DNA of 64,000 nt from Phoronis australis (taxonomy: Eukaryota; Animalia; Phoronida): assembly GCA_002633005.1 (NCBI GenBank), contig NMRA01000115.1, positions 878,124 through 942,123 on the forward strand, given 5' to 3'. This document shows positions 25,801 through 39,810 of the stretch, piece by piece. The notes under the pieces are model-generated. The model was not told the DNA's origin, searched no databases, and saw only the letters and a list, made by a program, of their open reading frames with translations. A program made the position numbers and the translations under genes. The first letter of the stretch is position 1; the number at the start of each line of letters is the position of its first letter.

Positions 25801-28800
25801 NNNNNNNNNNNNNNNNNNNNNNNNNNNNNNNNNNNNNNNNNNNNNNNNNNNNNNNNNNNNNNNNNNNNNNNNNNNNNNNNNNNNNNNNNNNNNNNNNNNN
25901 NNNNNNNNNNNNNNNNNNNNNNNNNNNNNNNNNNNNNNNNNNNNNNNNNNNNNNNNNNNNNNNNNNNNNNNNNNNNNNNNNNNNNNNNNNNNNNNNNNNN
26001 NNNNNNNNNNNNNNNNNNNNNNNNNNNNNNNNNNNNNNNNNNNNNNNNNNNNNNNNNNNNNNNNNNNNNNNNNNNNNNNNNNNNNNNNNNNNNNNNNNNN
26101 NNNNNNNNNNNNNNCACGCACACACACACGCACACACACACGCACACACACACGCACACACACACACACAGTCACACACACTTAGGTATGCAATTTCGAA
26201 TAATTGTTTTGAAATTTACATAAACGCATATATATGTTAGTAGCCCCTTAACTGTACAATTATTGTAGAAAAAAATATGGCTCAGAAATCAAATGCCACG
26301 TATTTCTGTAAAATACTCTAACGTAATTTTAACCCCCAAACATGTCTTAGGTAAACTGTAGTTTGATAGGCTGTTGAAATTCAGGTTCTAAGACTGGAGC
26401 TGAAAAGATAGCAGGCCTGATTATTCCCGGCATCCAGCCAGGACCACAGGTCCGTGTGTACTAAGAGTGACCAAATGAATGTAATTGTCAGGTTTGTAGA
26501 CTAATTTTGCTGAGAAATCTGACTGGTTGTCTGGAACCATACCTCAAGAGTCATGTTTGATGAACCAAGGGGACAAAAGGAAAATGCAGCCAACTAAATT
26601 AGGCTTTGTTTGATAACTACAACTTTACTTTCAATCAAAACTCCATCGACCACACAGCCGGAAATCCACAGTGCAAACTCTTGTGGCTAGTCTCGGGGTT
26701 ACAAGCTTGGAAAGTATTTATATGTATACATAGGGCACCTGCAGGAGTTGGCATTCCAGGGCTAGATTTCTATGTACTGAGGGAGACATAATGTTATAGC
26801 TGTCATTCACTTCCAGCATGTTTGTTGTTGTATTTATTCTTCAGACATATTTAGGTTTTCATTTGTGGAGAACACTGGATTTGTTATGTCGCTGGCCTTG
26901 ATTGCAGCAGCTGTTAATAAGACAAAAGCAACACTTGGCAATATGTAATAAAACCACAAACCGCAATTGATTTTGTTGTTTTACAGCTGTGGTCAAAGTC
27001 TGTTTAGTGTGCAACAGTATTCCAAAAAATTCATAAATGTGTTTGGTCAAAAATATGATATTGTACCTTCAGCTGAAACTCTTGAAGTTTGTGGTCATGT
27101 GTTTAGTTGGGAATGGCTACTCATACAAAAACTTATAAATGCATCCTAGACAAAAATTAAATTTTTGGTCTGATGATCGTACATGATCAATTTTAGATTG
27201 ATACTTTTTATCTAAAAGAGTCCAATTTCACCATGTAATGAGTTCTTTGATGTCTGAAATTTTATTTTTTTCACTTTGAATCTACATTTGGTGATATTTT
27301 AAATCGATGAGCTATGGTCAAAAAAATGTTTGAAGTATCTAGTTTCTAGGCAACGGATTGTTTAGAGTATAGCAAGCTTGTTCAATAGACTACCTGCGGC
27401 TCGACTCCCTTGTCAGTCTTTTTTGATGCACTCACTGGCTATTCATTTTGTCTTCTTAACTAAATATTTACGGATTTCTATTGTGCTCCAGATATAGCAT
27501 TGCGATGTTTTGTATAGCCTGTATTGATTGTTACCGGATTATCTTCAAATAGAAACTGATTGATTTCCTTGTGCTTGCTTCACTGTCCATTGATCGTTAG
27601 AAAATGACGTAGCTCTTGTTTCCTTGAGTGGTTTAATTTAAAACAGCTCAACTGGATGTTTTTGGAGAACAGTTCAGGAAGGATCCACATTCAACAGAAT
27701 TTACTCATTCACATCGGCTTTTCATTGCGGATTTGGATTATTATTGAATTATGAAAGACTCCACAAGTCGTAGAGGGGCAGCTATGAAACTGACTGCCTA
27801 AGTGCTTCTTGACCGTTCGATTGACTATACATTTAGCTGGGTTTTTTGGACGTAAAGACTCTATTTGCATCGAGATTGTGAACATGGGATGCAGCAGTAG
27901 CGTCCATGTACTCAAAGTAAGATTCCTAGTATATTATACACAGTTAGTACCTTAGTTCATCTAGGTTGTAAATACATTGAATAATGCTTGTACTGGTAGT
28001 AGAAAACTTCCTGTAGTAACAGACATTTCATTGGCTGAATGTCTTACAGAGTACAACATGATATTGCAAAACTAGCTAGAAACTAGCTTTTTACAAATGC
28101 TTGTCTGGCTGCACTTTTGCTCAAGACAAAATTGTATGCAATGGAATTCAATTCCCCGGTGTACTGATAGGCCTGCACTACGGTAAAATTGTAAGCAAAA
28201 ATAATTCATTACAAGTTCTCTGGTGTACTGATAGGCCGGCACTACCATGAAAATGTGGGCAATAAGGATTCAAGTCCTATGATGCACTAATAGGCCTGCA
28301 TGCACTACAGTAAAATTGTATGCAATAAGGATTCAAGTCCTCTGGTGTACTGGTAGGCCTGCACTGCAGTAAAATTGTATGCAATGGGATTCAAGTCTTA
28401 GTGTACTGATAGGCCTACACTACAGTAAAGTTGTAGGCAATAAGGATTCAAGTCCTCTGGTGTACTGATAGGCCTGCACTACAGTAAAATTGTAGGCAAT
28501 GAGGATTCAAGCCCTCTGGTGTACTGATAGGCCTACACTACAGTAAAATTGTAGGCAATAAGGATTCAAGTCCTCTAGTGTATTGATAGGCCTGCACTAG
28601 AGTAAAATCTCACCAATTCAGAAGACGGTATGGCAGACAAGTGAAACTTTCTCATTTTTTATATTTAAGGTATGTAGCATGACATCAATGCCTTATCACG
28701 TTCAAATTCTGTTACCATAGCAACCGACCAAAAATATTTAGAAAATTGTAGGTATTCACAACACTATTAACAGAACCTGAAAAAAGAAAAGGGGCAATTT

Positions 28801-31800
28801 TGGAAGTTATTTTTGTGTAATATTGGTGATTATTTACTGTACTCATTCTCTGTGAAACTACACCTGAAGTCCGTTAACGTTGTTATGTCTGATTTAAAGT
28901 GGTTGTCCCTGTTAAAGTGAATGAATAATTTAGTTTGAGGTCATTGTTTGCTATCTGTCAGTTACAGTCTATATTGCAAAATCATGACATGAATAAATTC
29001 TAGTTTAAACATGAACCATGGTCTATGTGCACTTTATGCAGATGAACTTGATGGAAATATCATGTACGAGCCCAGTTTTAATAATAAAAACAAAATTTAG
29101 TTAATTTAGTTATTTGTCAGCATTGTTTGCAAAATTCTGAATTATGTGTCAAATTGATCCTTGTTTAATGTTCACGGTCTAATGAGATACATCAGTTTCT
29201 TTAGTTTAGCTTGTTATACCATAGTCTACATGTATCTAGGTGAACGCCCATACTTGGCTTTCTGGCCAACCTCGAAATTTCAAAAATTTTCCCTTTTAAG
29301 CACCCATGCCCACCCTCAAATTATACAACTGAGTCTTCATTAACAAGTGCCAAAAATGCTCTTTTCATTATTATTCTTGCTGCTCAGAAAACATGCATCT
29401 GTCTTATGTACCAAATTTGGCTAGCAGTCTATCACTTTCAGTGAAGCCTACTCTGGTGTACAATCTTTTGAATGATGTTTTTGGCTAGTGCACATGAAGT
29501 TAGACCTTAATGTTACTCCCTAGATGTATATGCGGTTGACTCTTCGGGTAAACGCCCATCCCCCAACTCAGAAATAGTTATTGATCGGCTCGAGGCCCCT
29601 CCCCCTTTCCCTGATTTTTTAGTTCCCCAGTTTAAGTGCCATGTATTACCCAGTGAAAAGTGTTCTGACTGGCAGGGCGTGCTAATTTTCATGATGTTTT
29701 ACCTGTAAGTAGTCATATGATGTCCTTTTAAAGCTCTCACTCACTATTCTTATTTAAATATACCTGAGTAGGACTTGAGTTTAGCTCTGTTTTATTGATC
29801 AAATGCCTGGTGCATATAAGTTTCACAACTGGGACATTGTATTCTGATATATCATATTACCATTGTTGCCCACATGAACAATGTCTGTGGTGTCATGCAT
29901 TTGTATCCAAACTTTTAAGTGCTTTGCAAGGTGACCCAATGTATGTGTTTCATAAGTTTCCCATTGTCAGGGAAATCTTGTCCAATGTGTTGTGTTAAAT
30001 CTGTGTTTTCACAGTTACATTGTTTTATTACCCACAATATGTATCACTTTTTCAGGCCTCAAAAGATGCTTGGAAAAATGCTCAATCCATTTACGAGTTC
30101 AGTGCCAAAGACATAGATGGAAACGATGTTTCTCTTGAAAAATACAGGTTTGAAATTCTGCATCAATACTATGACTGGGAGAGTCCTGACAGAATGAGAG
30201 TGAACACTGTTTACACATGGCTACCATATCCCATGGATGCTTTGGCCATGTGAACCTAAGTTCTCCAGTCTCACCCTGGAAAATGTCCCAGTTTGGCTAC
30301 CTTCACAACATCAGATCTTAGAAACGGCTAATCAGATTCAGATAAAAGTTTCAGATACTGTCACGCTTAATGCCCTAAACTGCTATAAGGACTTGGTTTT
30401 AAAATGTTCCACATTTGCACGAGGGGCTATAAAAACATTGGAATTTTTATTTTCTGTGTACAAATCTTTGTTAATTTGCGTTTGTTATTAAACTTGCATT
30501 TTATTTTATTTTACCATAATGTAGTTTATGTCAGTTGTTATTTATATTGTTCTTCTTAATTGTTAATTTAATTTATTATTACTCGGTGGTCAGCTATTAG
30601 CGGCCCGTGTCTTGCTGGCCACCTAGTCTTATAACGATGTTTTATACGATTTAAAAAAATACAGTTTGTTTCTCTCAATAGGCAGTCTGGTCAGTAGGGT
30701 CCTAGATAACCTTGAATCCAAATATTAAGTTTTTGTTCTGACCAATTGAAGTGCAGGGGTTCATACATGTAATTTGCATCTCTAATCAGATCTTCAACAA
30801 AAATATTAGTCTTTGGCATGAGCAGTGAGAACTATTCTTGCGTGCATTTGAATAATATTATGGTTTTTGTTACAGGGGACATGTTGCTCTTATTGTGAAT
30901 GTAGCTTCCAAGTGAGGTTTCACGGCAAAGAACTATACTCAGCTGTCGGAATTGCATGCCCGGTACGCTGAAAAAGGTCTTCGCATTCTGGCGTTCCCGT
31001 GTAACCAATTTGGTGGCCAGGTACGTGACTAGAGAGAGGTTAGGATTGCAAGTGCGGTAGTTCTCATATTTATACTAAACATCGACAAAACTTTTCCGAA
31101 CTCAGAAAGTTGGATGGACATCCTGCCAGAAATAATTGGCAGTTTAATCAAATTTTTTAGCCAGAGGTTGAAGAAACGCTATTGTTCCTAGCCACTAATT
31201 GTTGAGTTAGCGAATAGACTTGCAATGAAAGAAATTAGTCACGATTTCAAAAAAGTCCAAGTGTCAATTAATTGAAATTGGTTCCCATGGAAAAGTAATA
31301 GTAGAGGGTTCTCCACTTCTCAAAAATAAAAAGGGCAGATTCATTTTTGGACCTCATAGTGCACACAAGCATATGACCAAACACCAGGAGCTATCCTTAC
31401 TTTAAGGGTTATGGGCAGCCTATACGAATAAGTAACCTTAGTATAGTACAGATAAAAATCGGTTTGATTTTTATTCAAACTTTAATCAATGCTCTTAATA
31501 CGGTAAGGGAAAGAATTTTATTTGAAACGTGCATTTTACTCTCGTTAACTGGTTAACTTGAATTAAACCTTTCACTCTTAAAGATCGGTGTCATAATATT
31601 CCTTACCGTGATACAATTCTCTTTCCGTTAGTAACTCAAGTCACAGGCTATATGCCATTTACGAATTCGCAATGGTTTTTAATGTTCTCCAACCGGATCA
31701 CAAGAACACAAAATCAAGTTTGTGATTTTAAAAAAGACGTCGCCTTGCATTACATGGAAAGCACGCGATCACACTAGCTTAACTCGTGAGATTCGTACAT

Positions 31801-34800
31801 CTGTGGAACTCGGCCATGAACTCTCATTATGACGCTGTTTCTTTGAGGTGATGTTGAAAAGGACCTACCTCGGTATTTTGCTATGAAACTAGTGTTCAGG
31901 AAAAAAAGTTTACCTGGGTCTGGTCAGGAATTGTGTTTAAAATCAGTGTTGGTTTGGGTTTTATTTTAAACAATTTTTATTTTTTTAAAATGCTGGTTAG
32001 AGTTGGGAATCATTTTTGGGTATTGGTGAAGACGATAAACTGGACTTTTTGGCCTCAGCTGGCAGTATGATGCAGCAGTTTCCATTTGCCCCTACCAATA
32101 ACAGGGAAACAAATCTATATTCTGTAAAACAGTCATCTTAATTAATATTTACCTTGTATCCTGAAGTAGACTAGAACCAATATCACTGGTCAGTTAATCA
32201 ATATTTGACCTCAGGTAATTTATTTATATCTGAAACTAGGATATTCTTGATATTAGATTGATTGTTCGAATTGATTTCTGTAATTTTAACAAATGGCTTT
32301 GAGTTTTTGGTTTCATCAATGTTATCGGCTTAGCTTGACTGTGCAAAGTAAAAATGGATGGAACTATTGGGTTTCTGTTCAGGAGATGGTGGTGCATTTC
32401 CATTTTTAGATAGATTTGACCTCGACTGGGCATTTTTAAAGTTTCGAGTCCATTTTCGGCGTCTGCCTCTCTATCTGCCAAACCACTTGAAAGGTCATTA
32501 TAAAAAGTGGCAGATGCTTTCCTGACGAGATGACTGTGACTGAGTTTGATTTTCAGATGGGATTGACTACTCTGCTGCCCCTAGTGACAATTTTGTTCTT
32601 CTTATGTCCACTGCTAGATCCCCTAAACCCTGTGTTGGATCTCACTGATACTTAAATGGTGTCTTTTAATGATGGTGTCAATAGATGATGATGACTTTCA
32701 GACCAATCCAACTGCTGCTGTGACCTCCAGTGGCAATTTTAGCTTTTTTAGATTTGCCTCTGTATCTTCAGAGTTCATTGACGTGTTTTTGTGAAATTTG
32801 GCAAAAGGTCTCTATTGAGAAGACATTGTCTTTCCATTTTCGAATGAATTCAATGTATTCTGCACCACCTAGTGGTCATGTTTTTATTGATCAGTTCATT
32901 TCATTGGCACCATCGTCTTTATCCACCGTACCACTCAAACGATCATTATGAAACAGATGCATTCCTGATGAGAACAGTACGACTGACATTGATTTTTTAG
33001 ATGGATCTGATATCTGTGGCATCCCCTAGTTGTGGTTATTACTTTTTTACATCAATTGTTACTGGTTTATTGTTTGCAGGATCTTTGTGAAAGTTGTGGT
33101 TTCCTACAAATGCAACAATGGCTGACCATGACTTTTGGATAGCTTTGACTACCTATGTGCCCCCTAGTGGCAGTTTCAGGTTTTTATGTTTCCCTCTGTC
33201 TTCAGAGTTCTTCAACATCTTTTCATGAAATTTTGCAGACAAGTTTTTGTCATGATAATGATAGCATGTTTCAGTTTTGAGATGGATTCAACGTAATTGG
33301 ATGAGTGTGTTGTATTGTGTGCAACGATTGGGATGGATTCAACATAATTGGATGAGTGTGTTGTATTGTGTGCAATGATTGGGATGGATTCAACGTAATT
33401 GGATGAGTGTGTTGTATTGTGTGCAACGATTGGGATGGATTCAACGTAATTGGATGAGTGTGTTGTATTGTGTGCAACGATTGGGATGGATTCAACGTAA
33501 TTGGATGAGTGTGTTGTATTGTGTGCAACGACCGCTATGTAATGGCCTTGTTTACAATACTAATAAACATTCGCAGGAACATAGCATTTGCTGCGCAGTT
33601 CTGTGCACTTTTCAGCCCTCCATATTGCTCTTGTTATTGGGTGCGTAGTTCTGTTTCATCCAATTCATGATCATGGTTATTAGTTATGGTAGCAGGAGCA
33701 GCATTAGCAGTGTGTATGACTCAGTTTTTTGTTCTTTCCCTGTTTATATGTATCCACTGTTTGCTTAGTTTGTTGTAAACTTTGGCCAGACACAGTGGTC
33801 ACACACTGGATTAAGTTGATATGCTTGGAGTTATTGTTACACGTGCACTCTGCTGATACATGCAGAGTGGGTTCAGACCGTCATGGTTGCAAATGGTTAT
33901 TGGTACATATACTTAAGGTGGCAATAAACCAGCATTCAGAAGCTAAAGTTTGATTCAGACCGCTTACGACAGTAATATTGGTCTCAACTTTTTTGTACTT
34001 ATACAGGAAGTGATTTTTGAGTTTGTTAAGAATAGACGATCCGTTATTCCTTGAGACCATGTGAGTTGCATAAAATGGCAAGCTGTGACAAGCCAATGGT
34101 GGTGGTGCAATGATTCATCGAAGTTTTGAAATGTGTAAATGTGCTGTCAGTAACGCATACAAATCGGCACAGATCAGCACGTCCCTGACCTAAACCATTG
34201 AAGGCTAATGATTAACCTGCTTAGCTCACAACACGATGGTCAAGTGAAATTTTTTCAACAAAAATAAAGATTACATTATGTTAAGCTTTGTTTGTACTCT
34301 AGTTGTCATTAAACATTTTCCAATATTTGGAGCCACAGAACCAATTCCTGAAAGTTGCATTTTGGGTAATTGTTTTTGTGCAGAATAAATGAAGAATTAC
34401 CATGGTTACAGCCTGTTACAATGGGTCCAGTCCTTTTTTGATTTTAACGTTGCTCACATTACATATTTATTTCAGGAACCCAAACCTGAAGCAGAAATCA
34501 AAGAGTTTGTTCAACAGTACAACGTGAAGTTTGACATGTTCAGCAAGATAGACGTCAATGGATCCAATGCACACCCTCTGTATAAATACCTGAAGGACAA
34601 GCAGCATGGTTTACTCACCAAGTAGGTGTAAATGTAATGTATTGTTAACGCTCTATGTCAGGACTGTACCCATGTAATAGTACTGTTGTACCAGGATTAC
34701 ACCCATGTAATGGTATTATCATTCTGCGCCAGGATTGTACATGGGTTGTGTGCTTACTTCTACTCTTTCATTGTTATGTTGCTGTCTTGTCTTTTATTCC

Positions 34801-37730
34801 GTAAGCCCGCAGTGCTATGAGCTGTGTTTGGCGTGGTTTAGCTGTTTAAAAAACGAAAATCAAATGATTAGCATTTCATTTTCACAGGTCTCGACACACT
34901 TAGAATGATGTCAACTTGACAAATGCAGCCCTGCAAAATTCACAGTTCATCAAATAGGAACCGAGGTCGCCATACCTCATTGATAAGAGCTGAAAGTAAT
35001 TTGATACGTTAGAATCTTTGTAACGAATAGCCGGGGATCTCAGCAAGTGTCTGGCAGAGCACTCAAGATTGTCCCAACAACATTTTTTTTGCCCGAGTCA
35101 CCAAAAAAAAAATCTTCGGTCACTTTGATGACCTGGAGGTTGCCAAATAGAGCCTTGTCTCATAAAATTAATCTCATGATATTCCTTACCCTGATAGGAC
35201 TCTATTTTTATTGCCAGCTCACGTTGCAGGCTATGCACATATGCACCATATTTGAATTTCGCAAATTTCAGGGTTGACCAAACCCAATAAACTTATGGTT
35301 CCTTGAAGCTCTTATGGTTTCTATGTTGTCGTTGAAATTACGAATTCAAATTTGGCACATATGTGCTTAGCTTGTAACAGAATTATAATCCTATCGTGAG
35401 ACCAATTTTACGAGAGTAAACAAGTATTTTTAATTCCTCTATTATTTTAACTGCTAAACAGAACAAAATGCCGTTTTAAGTTAAAAAGGTATACAATGGA
35501 TTGATGTAATTCCCTGAAGCTTTAGGAAAATGTCAAAATTTAGCTACATGTAACTTCAGATCATCATGTTACTGAAGTGGCTGATTGGATTCAAGTGAGA
35601 CATCCAGATAGTAAGATATATGTGACAATGTTCAGTTAAAAACTTAAGAATTGCTTGTTCTGTAAAAATCTCACTTTTGCCTAAGATGCTTTCGAATTTT
35701 AGAAAACTAATGGGTGTTTTTGAGAGTTCACCTTGAATATTTACATTCAACAGTGTTTTCTGACATTGTCGTTTTTGCTAAATTTTACAAAACACATGGT
35801 CACATGACCCATCAATGACAAACTCGTGTAAAATCTAAAAATTCTGCATGCCTTCTAATTTACAGAAATGATTGAGTTATTGAGTAAAGAGTTACATTCT
35901 GCATGCTCATATATAAATTGGCAAAACTTATAAACTTGCTAACATAGTAACTCAAGACATAAACTCATAGACGATCATTGTCTCATGAGACATGGAAGCT
36001 CGTTCCGCAAACCTGCAGCCTGGGCCTAAATTTTAATTGAATTGTCATGAAACAGACCCGTGGGTGCTTTCTTTCAACACTTGAGACATTTTTGTTTTCA
36101 GTGCAATAAAGTGGAACTTCACCAAGTTTCTAACTGACTGCCATGGAGTCCCCGTCAAACGCTATTCGCCAACTACTGAGCCACTGGTAAGTGCCTCCCA
36201 TCAGGCTACTCAGATGGAGGGGGTCTGTGAGAATTTTGAGATATCAATCTGACCTTTTGGCTGTCAATTTTTATGTGTCTTTAACCCTTCTGGAAAAAAT
36301 AATTGACCGTAGGACTGTAGCAAACTCAACAGAGTTATTGTTATTATTAGGATTATCATCATGGTATCTGTTCAAAGCCACTAATTCTGTAAAAGAAGTA
36401 AGATTCAGTTAATTTTGACCACTGTCTATTATTGTGGAAAATCAAGGTTTCTACATTGACTATATAGCTTGATATAATTTTAAACAAAGAACAGTTTGGA
36501 AAATTAATCTGGTATTTGAAGTCATCGGAGTCATCAGAAGTGCGACGTTAAATTATTAAATGAAAAATTTTCCAAGATTGTCTGTCACCACATGAGTCTA
36601 TCTCTGTCTCATATTTCAATTCTGCAACAGGTGTCTCATTTAATTTTACAGTAAATAATTAGTAAATTTTACGTGTCCATTTGTTTTCAGAGGAGATGCA
36701 AAAATGTATTCCGAATATACTAGAGTTACTATAATAGTACTGTTGTCTCTCAGATGATTTCATGGTTAAAATATGGAATCGTGAATTCCATAGAAATGAG
36801 TAAAACTTGAGTGAAATTGAAACCGTGCACAAAAAGAGTCACATTCCTAAAAATGTTCCCTTGTCGGGATCAGTTGAATTAGATGCATCAGATGTCAAAA
36901 TATAAGAATTTTAATTATCTAGTGTACACAAATTCTTAGTTTCGCCACTGGGGCTGATAGATTTGCTCACCGACATTACAAAACATGAAAAATTCATGTT
37001 AAAAAAACACCCTGACTTCCAAAAATTATTGTGAATACAGTTAACTACTTGAAGTAAGACCCAAAGTGAAATGAATTATATTCCCAAAGTGAGAGAGTTA
37101 AATGTCAAGTGTTTACTTGTAGCCATGGTAATGCTCTTTCATTGTTTTTTAGGATTTACCAAACCCATGTTACATGTAGTTTGATAACTTTGACTGACTT
37201 TTCATATTGATTACATGTACACCTGTGCTTTTCAGTTTCTGTACCACAGTCGTTATAGAAACCCTATAAACAGAATTACCTCGTATGTAGTTAAAAATCA
37301 TGTTTTCAATGTCCTTCAAAAGGTAATAGCCAGGAGTGAAACTGTAGTAAAAAGTTGAGTAAATTTTGGCAACTGCATTTGCTAGTTGTAAACTTTTGCC
37401 AAGGTGGAACCATTTTAATACTACTAATGTCATCCGATTTTGCATCATAATTTAACAGAATCGTGTCATGCAAGTTGGCTAAAAACTTAAGATAATTCCA
37501 AGGTGTGCGAATTAGGAAGTTGCTCATTTTTAATATTTTTCATTAATGAAATTTATTACAATTTGCCTTAGAATGTCAGTGAAATGTTTATCTTGCAGAC
37601 AATAAATACTGCAATCTTTCTGTCTAAAAAAATTAAAAATTCCTTTATCTTTGTGTTGAATCATTGTTTCTTTGCATTCCAGTCCATCGTAGCGGATATC
37701 GAAAAGGAATTGGGAAAATGTGGCTTGTAA
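22773..37730 (+). CDS. GPX4: Phospholipid hydroperoxide glutathione peroxidase (GPX4-type selenoprotein)
   Basis: Exons 22773/22836-22838, 30056-30147, 30876-31020, 34476-34621, 36102-36186, 37683-37730 with GT-AG borders and consistent phases; motifs [29 protein letters not shown]; 172 aa from the second ATG. Confidence 0.92.
25513..26182. repeat. 14-bp minisatellite (CAGTCACACGCGCG)n and (CA)n spanning an assembly gap (N at 25686-26114)
   Basis: Seen directly. Confidence 0.95.
27884..27916 (+). CDS. GPX4: Candidate alternative GPX4 first coding exon ([11 protein letters not shown])
   Basis: Strong Kozak aacATGG, 11 codons, AAA|gtaaga donor in phase 0 compatible with the 30056 acceptor. 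Confidence 0.55.
28128..28608. repeat. ~59-bp minisatellite, about 8 copies
   Basis: Unit approximately GGTGTACTGATAGGCCTGCACTACAGTAAAATTGTAGGCAATAAGGATTCAAGTCCTCT. Confidence 0.9.
30056..30147 (+). CDS. GPX4: GPX4 exon 2 ([30 protein letters not shown])
   Basis: ttttcag acceptor, gtttga donor, GPX4 match. Confidence 0.95.
30876..31020 (+). CDS. GPX4: GPX4 exon 3 containing the Sec codon TGA at 30913-30915
   Basis: [50 protein letters not shown]. Confidence 0.96.
32400..33550 (+). mobile_element. Degenerate copy of the CCTAGTGG-repeat Helentron-like element, ending in a 51-bp tandem repeat (x5, 33281-33530)
   Basis: Recurring CCCTAGTGGC/CACCTAGTGG motifs as at 50-53 kb; exact 51-bp repeats. 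Confidence 0.6.
34476..34621 (+). CDS. GPX4: GPX4 exon 4 ([48 protein letters not shown])
   Basis: tttcag acceptor, gtaggt donor. Confidence 0.95.
36102..36186 (+). CDS. GPX4: GPX4 exon 5 ([28 protein letters not shown])
   Basis: WNF catalytic motif; ttttcag acceptor, gtaagt donor. Confidence 0.95.
37150..37660 (-). mobile_element. Highly degraded L1/Tx1-like LINE fragments
   Basis: [21 protein letters not shown] (AP-endonuclease N-terminal motif-like) and [13 protein letters not shown]...VINMKS (post-RT region-like). Confidence 0.55.
37683..37730 (+). CDS. GPX4: GPX4 last coding exon ([15 protein letters not shown])
   Basis: Polypyrimidine tract plus ccag acceptor, phase 0; resembles the GPx C-terminal helix (xIxxDIExxL). 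Confidence 0.8.
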   Translation, partial: SIVADIEKELGKCGL

Positions 37731-38249
37731 TGATCCATTAAATCTTGCTGAGGACAAGGACACTGTAATGTTGTGATGATAAAGGGTGGTTTAAAGGTCA
37801 GAATAACGCAATCATTTTGGGAATAATGAAAAACTTCAAAGGAAAATAATCAACAATTTGATTGTAACCGTGAAACACTACTGCATACAGAGTCGTTGGG
37901 TGAGAGGCGTGCTCTATGTTGTGTCATGATATGTGAGTATCAATTGGAAGATCTGGTTCAAAGTTCCTTGAAGTACGGAAAGACTTACTTAGGAAGTCTG
38001 AAGCAAACATTCACCACTTCGTAGCCTTCCTCGGGACCAGCGCCAATCAACAGCAAATTCTTTAATGTGGACCAACTGTAACACTCGTCAGATACAGATT
38101 AAGTAACATATGTTTTTTGTCATTGGTTGTGGATCAGCCTTCCCGAAGGAGGGATTAAGAATATCAAAAGGAGGTTACCCGAACAGCTGGTTCATGAAAA
38201 TGTGTGTGAACTGAGTATGTAGGTCTGTGGAGTTATGTTCATCAGCGTT

Positions 38250-38330
38250 TGTGCGTGTGTGTGTTTGTGTTTGTGTGTGTGTGTGTGTGTGCGTGTGTGT
38301 GTGTGTGTGCGTGTATGTGTGTGCCCGCGT
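38250..38330. repeat. (GT)n microsatellite
   Basis: Seen directly. Confidence 0.9.
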
Positions 38331-39617
38331 ATGTGTACGTTTGCTACGCACGAGACAACTTCAACTAATGAAGTTTGCACCTGTTTGGACGGCGTCCATG
38401 ACATAATGTTGTGGAACGTTGCGTCAGTCATAACGTCAACTCATCCGGTCAAATCCAGTTCAAGCAGAACCAGGTGTGCGTTTCGTAGACCCCCAGAAAC
38501 TCTCAAAAATCAGGATCACGCAAGACCCCTCAAACAGNTGTCTGTGTGTGTCTGTGTGTGTCTGTGTGTCTGTGTGCATGTGTTGTTAAGGTAAGGGTTG
38601 CCTGAAAAGGCTAGAGTAGCATATTACAAATTTACTGGTGATAAAGATCAGGAATAATGTGATTATAACTCCAACTGTATATAATGCCACCCGTGATATC
38701 AAATCCCTTCCTACGCCTATTTATCGGCTGTTACCTAGTAGCATTTAATACTCAAGAGTGAATGGTTTAACTGATGCTTTTACATTTAAATTTATAAAAC
38801 TGTTGCTTCATTCTTTTGAGGTACATGTGTCTCCTTGCAAACTGTCTTAAACTGAAAGTATTCATAGTGGATCATGCATTTAAGTTTCTCCTACCAGCTT
38901 GGCAATCAAGTTAAGACCCATGGAAGTTACACAACACCTAGTGCTTGTTCTGTAATTGGTTAAAAGACCAAAGCTATTTGTTAATTTCATCTCAAAAGTA
39001 TTGGTAGATTTCATTTATTTGTGGTACCAAGACTGTTTGATGGTAGCATCCCTATCACCTAATCAAATCCCAGCATATGTTCAGGGCATGTGACAAATTT
39101 TACATTGAGCTTTCAAGCCCTGGCACCAAGACCATGATTATTCAAGACCAAGCGATTAATGGCTTGCATAAGTCATCCGTATGTTGCAAATCCTGACACT
39201 ATTTTCATTTGATGTAAAAAATATGAACGATACAAAGATATTACGTTGCTATAGGGATGTAGCAGTAGGTGCTCATTGGCCTTTTTAGTATATTATGTGT
39301 GCCATATGTTATATGATTTGGAACACTCCAAAAATCAAAGTCAAATGGAACTTAATTTATTTGCTGTCCAGACTTACTGATTTTATCGGTGTTGGTTAGT
39401 GTTATCTGGGAGGCGATTTTACACTTCATGGTTACACTTTTGAGCAATTATACAGACTGTAGTGTAATTGTTTGAATGTTTTTTAGGAAATTTACCTTCA
39501 GTAGAGCTCTGGGAGTTGAATTTTTGCGTTGGGAATCGGGTTTTAAACTTTTTTTCATCGACTGAGTAATGGTATCTGTAACCAATGGCATTTTGAGCAG
39601 ATCTTTTGTAAGCGCTT

Positions 39618-39810
39618 TGGTCTAAACACTGTTTGTAAAATGATTTGTTGGTCTAAACACCGTTTGTAAAATAGTTTGTTGGTCTGAACACTGTAAAATG
39701 GTTTGTTGGTCTAAACACTGTTTGTAAAATGGTTTGTTGGTCTGAACACTGTTTGTAAAATGGTTTGTTGGTCTAAACACTGTTTGTAAAATGGTTTTTT
39801 GGTCTGAACA
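39618..39810. repeat. 31-bp tandem repeat, about 6 copies
   Basis: Unit GGTCTAAACACTGTTTGTAAAATGGTTTGTT. Confidence 0.9.

Noticed and set aside
25409-26240. Long ORFs of 165-258 aa
   Set aside because: Artefacts of the minisatellite and the N gap.
28128-28608. Regularly spaced repeats resembling a CRISPR array (also 33281-33530, 39618-39810, 59920-60290)
   Set aside because: The units are contiguous tandem copies without unique spacers, the context is eukaryotic, and there are no cas genes.
30913-30915. GPX4 premature stop suggesting a pseudogene
   Set aside because: The TGA is at the catalytic Sec position, all other exons are intact, and a SECIS is present.
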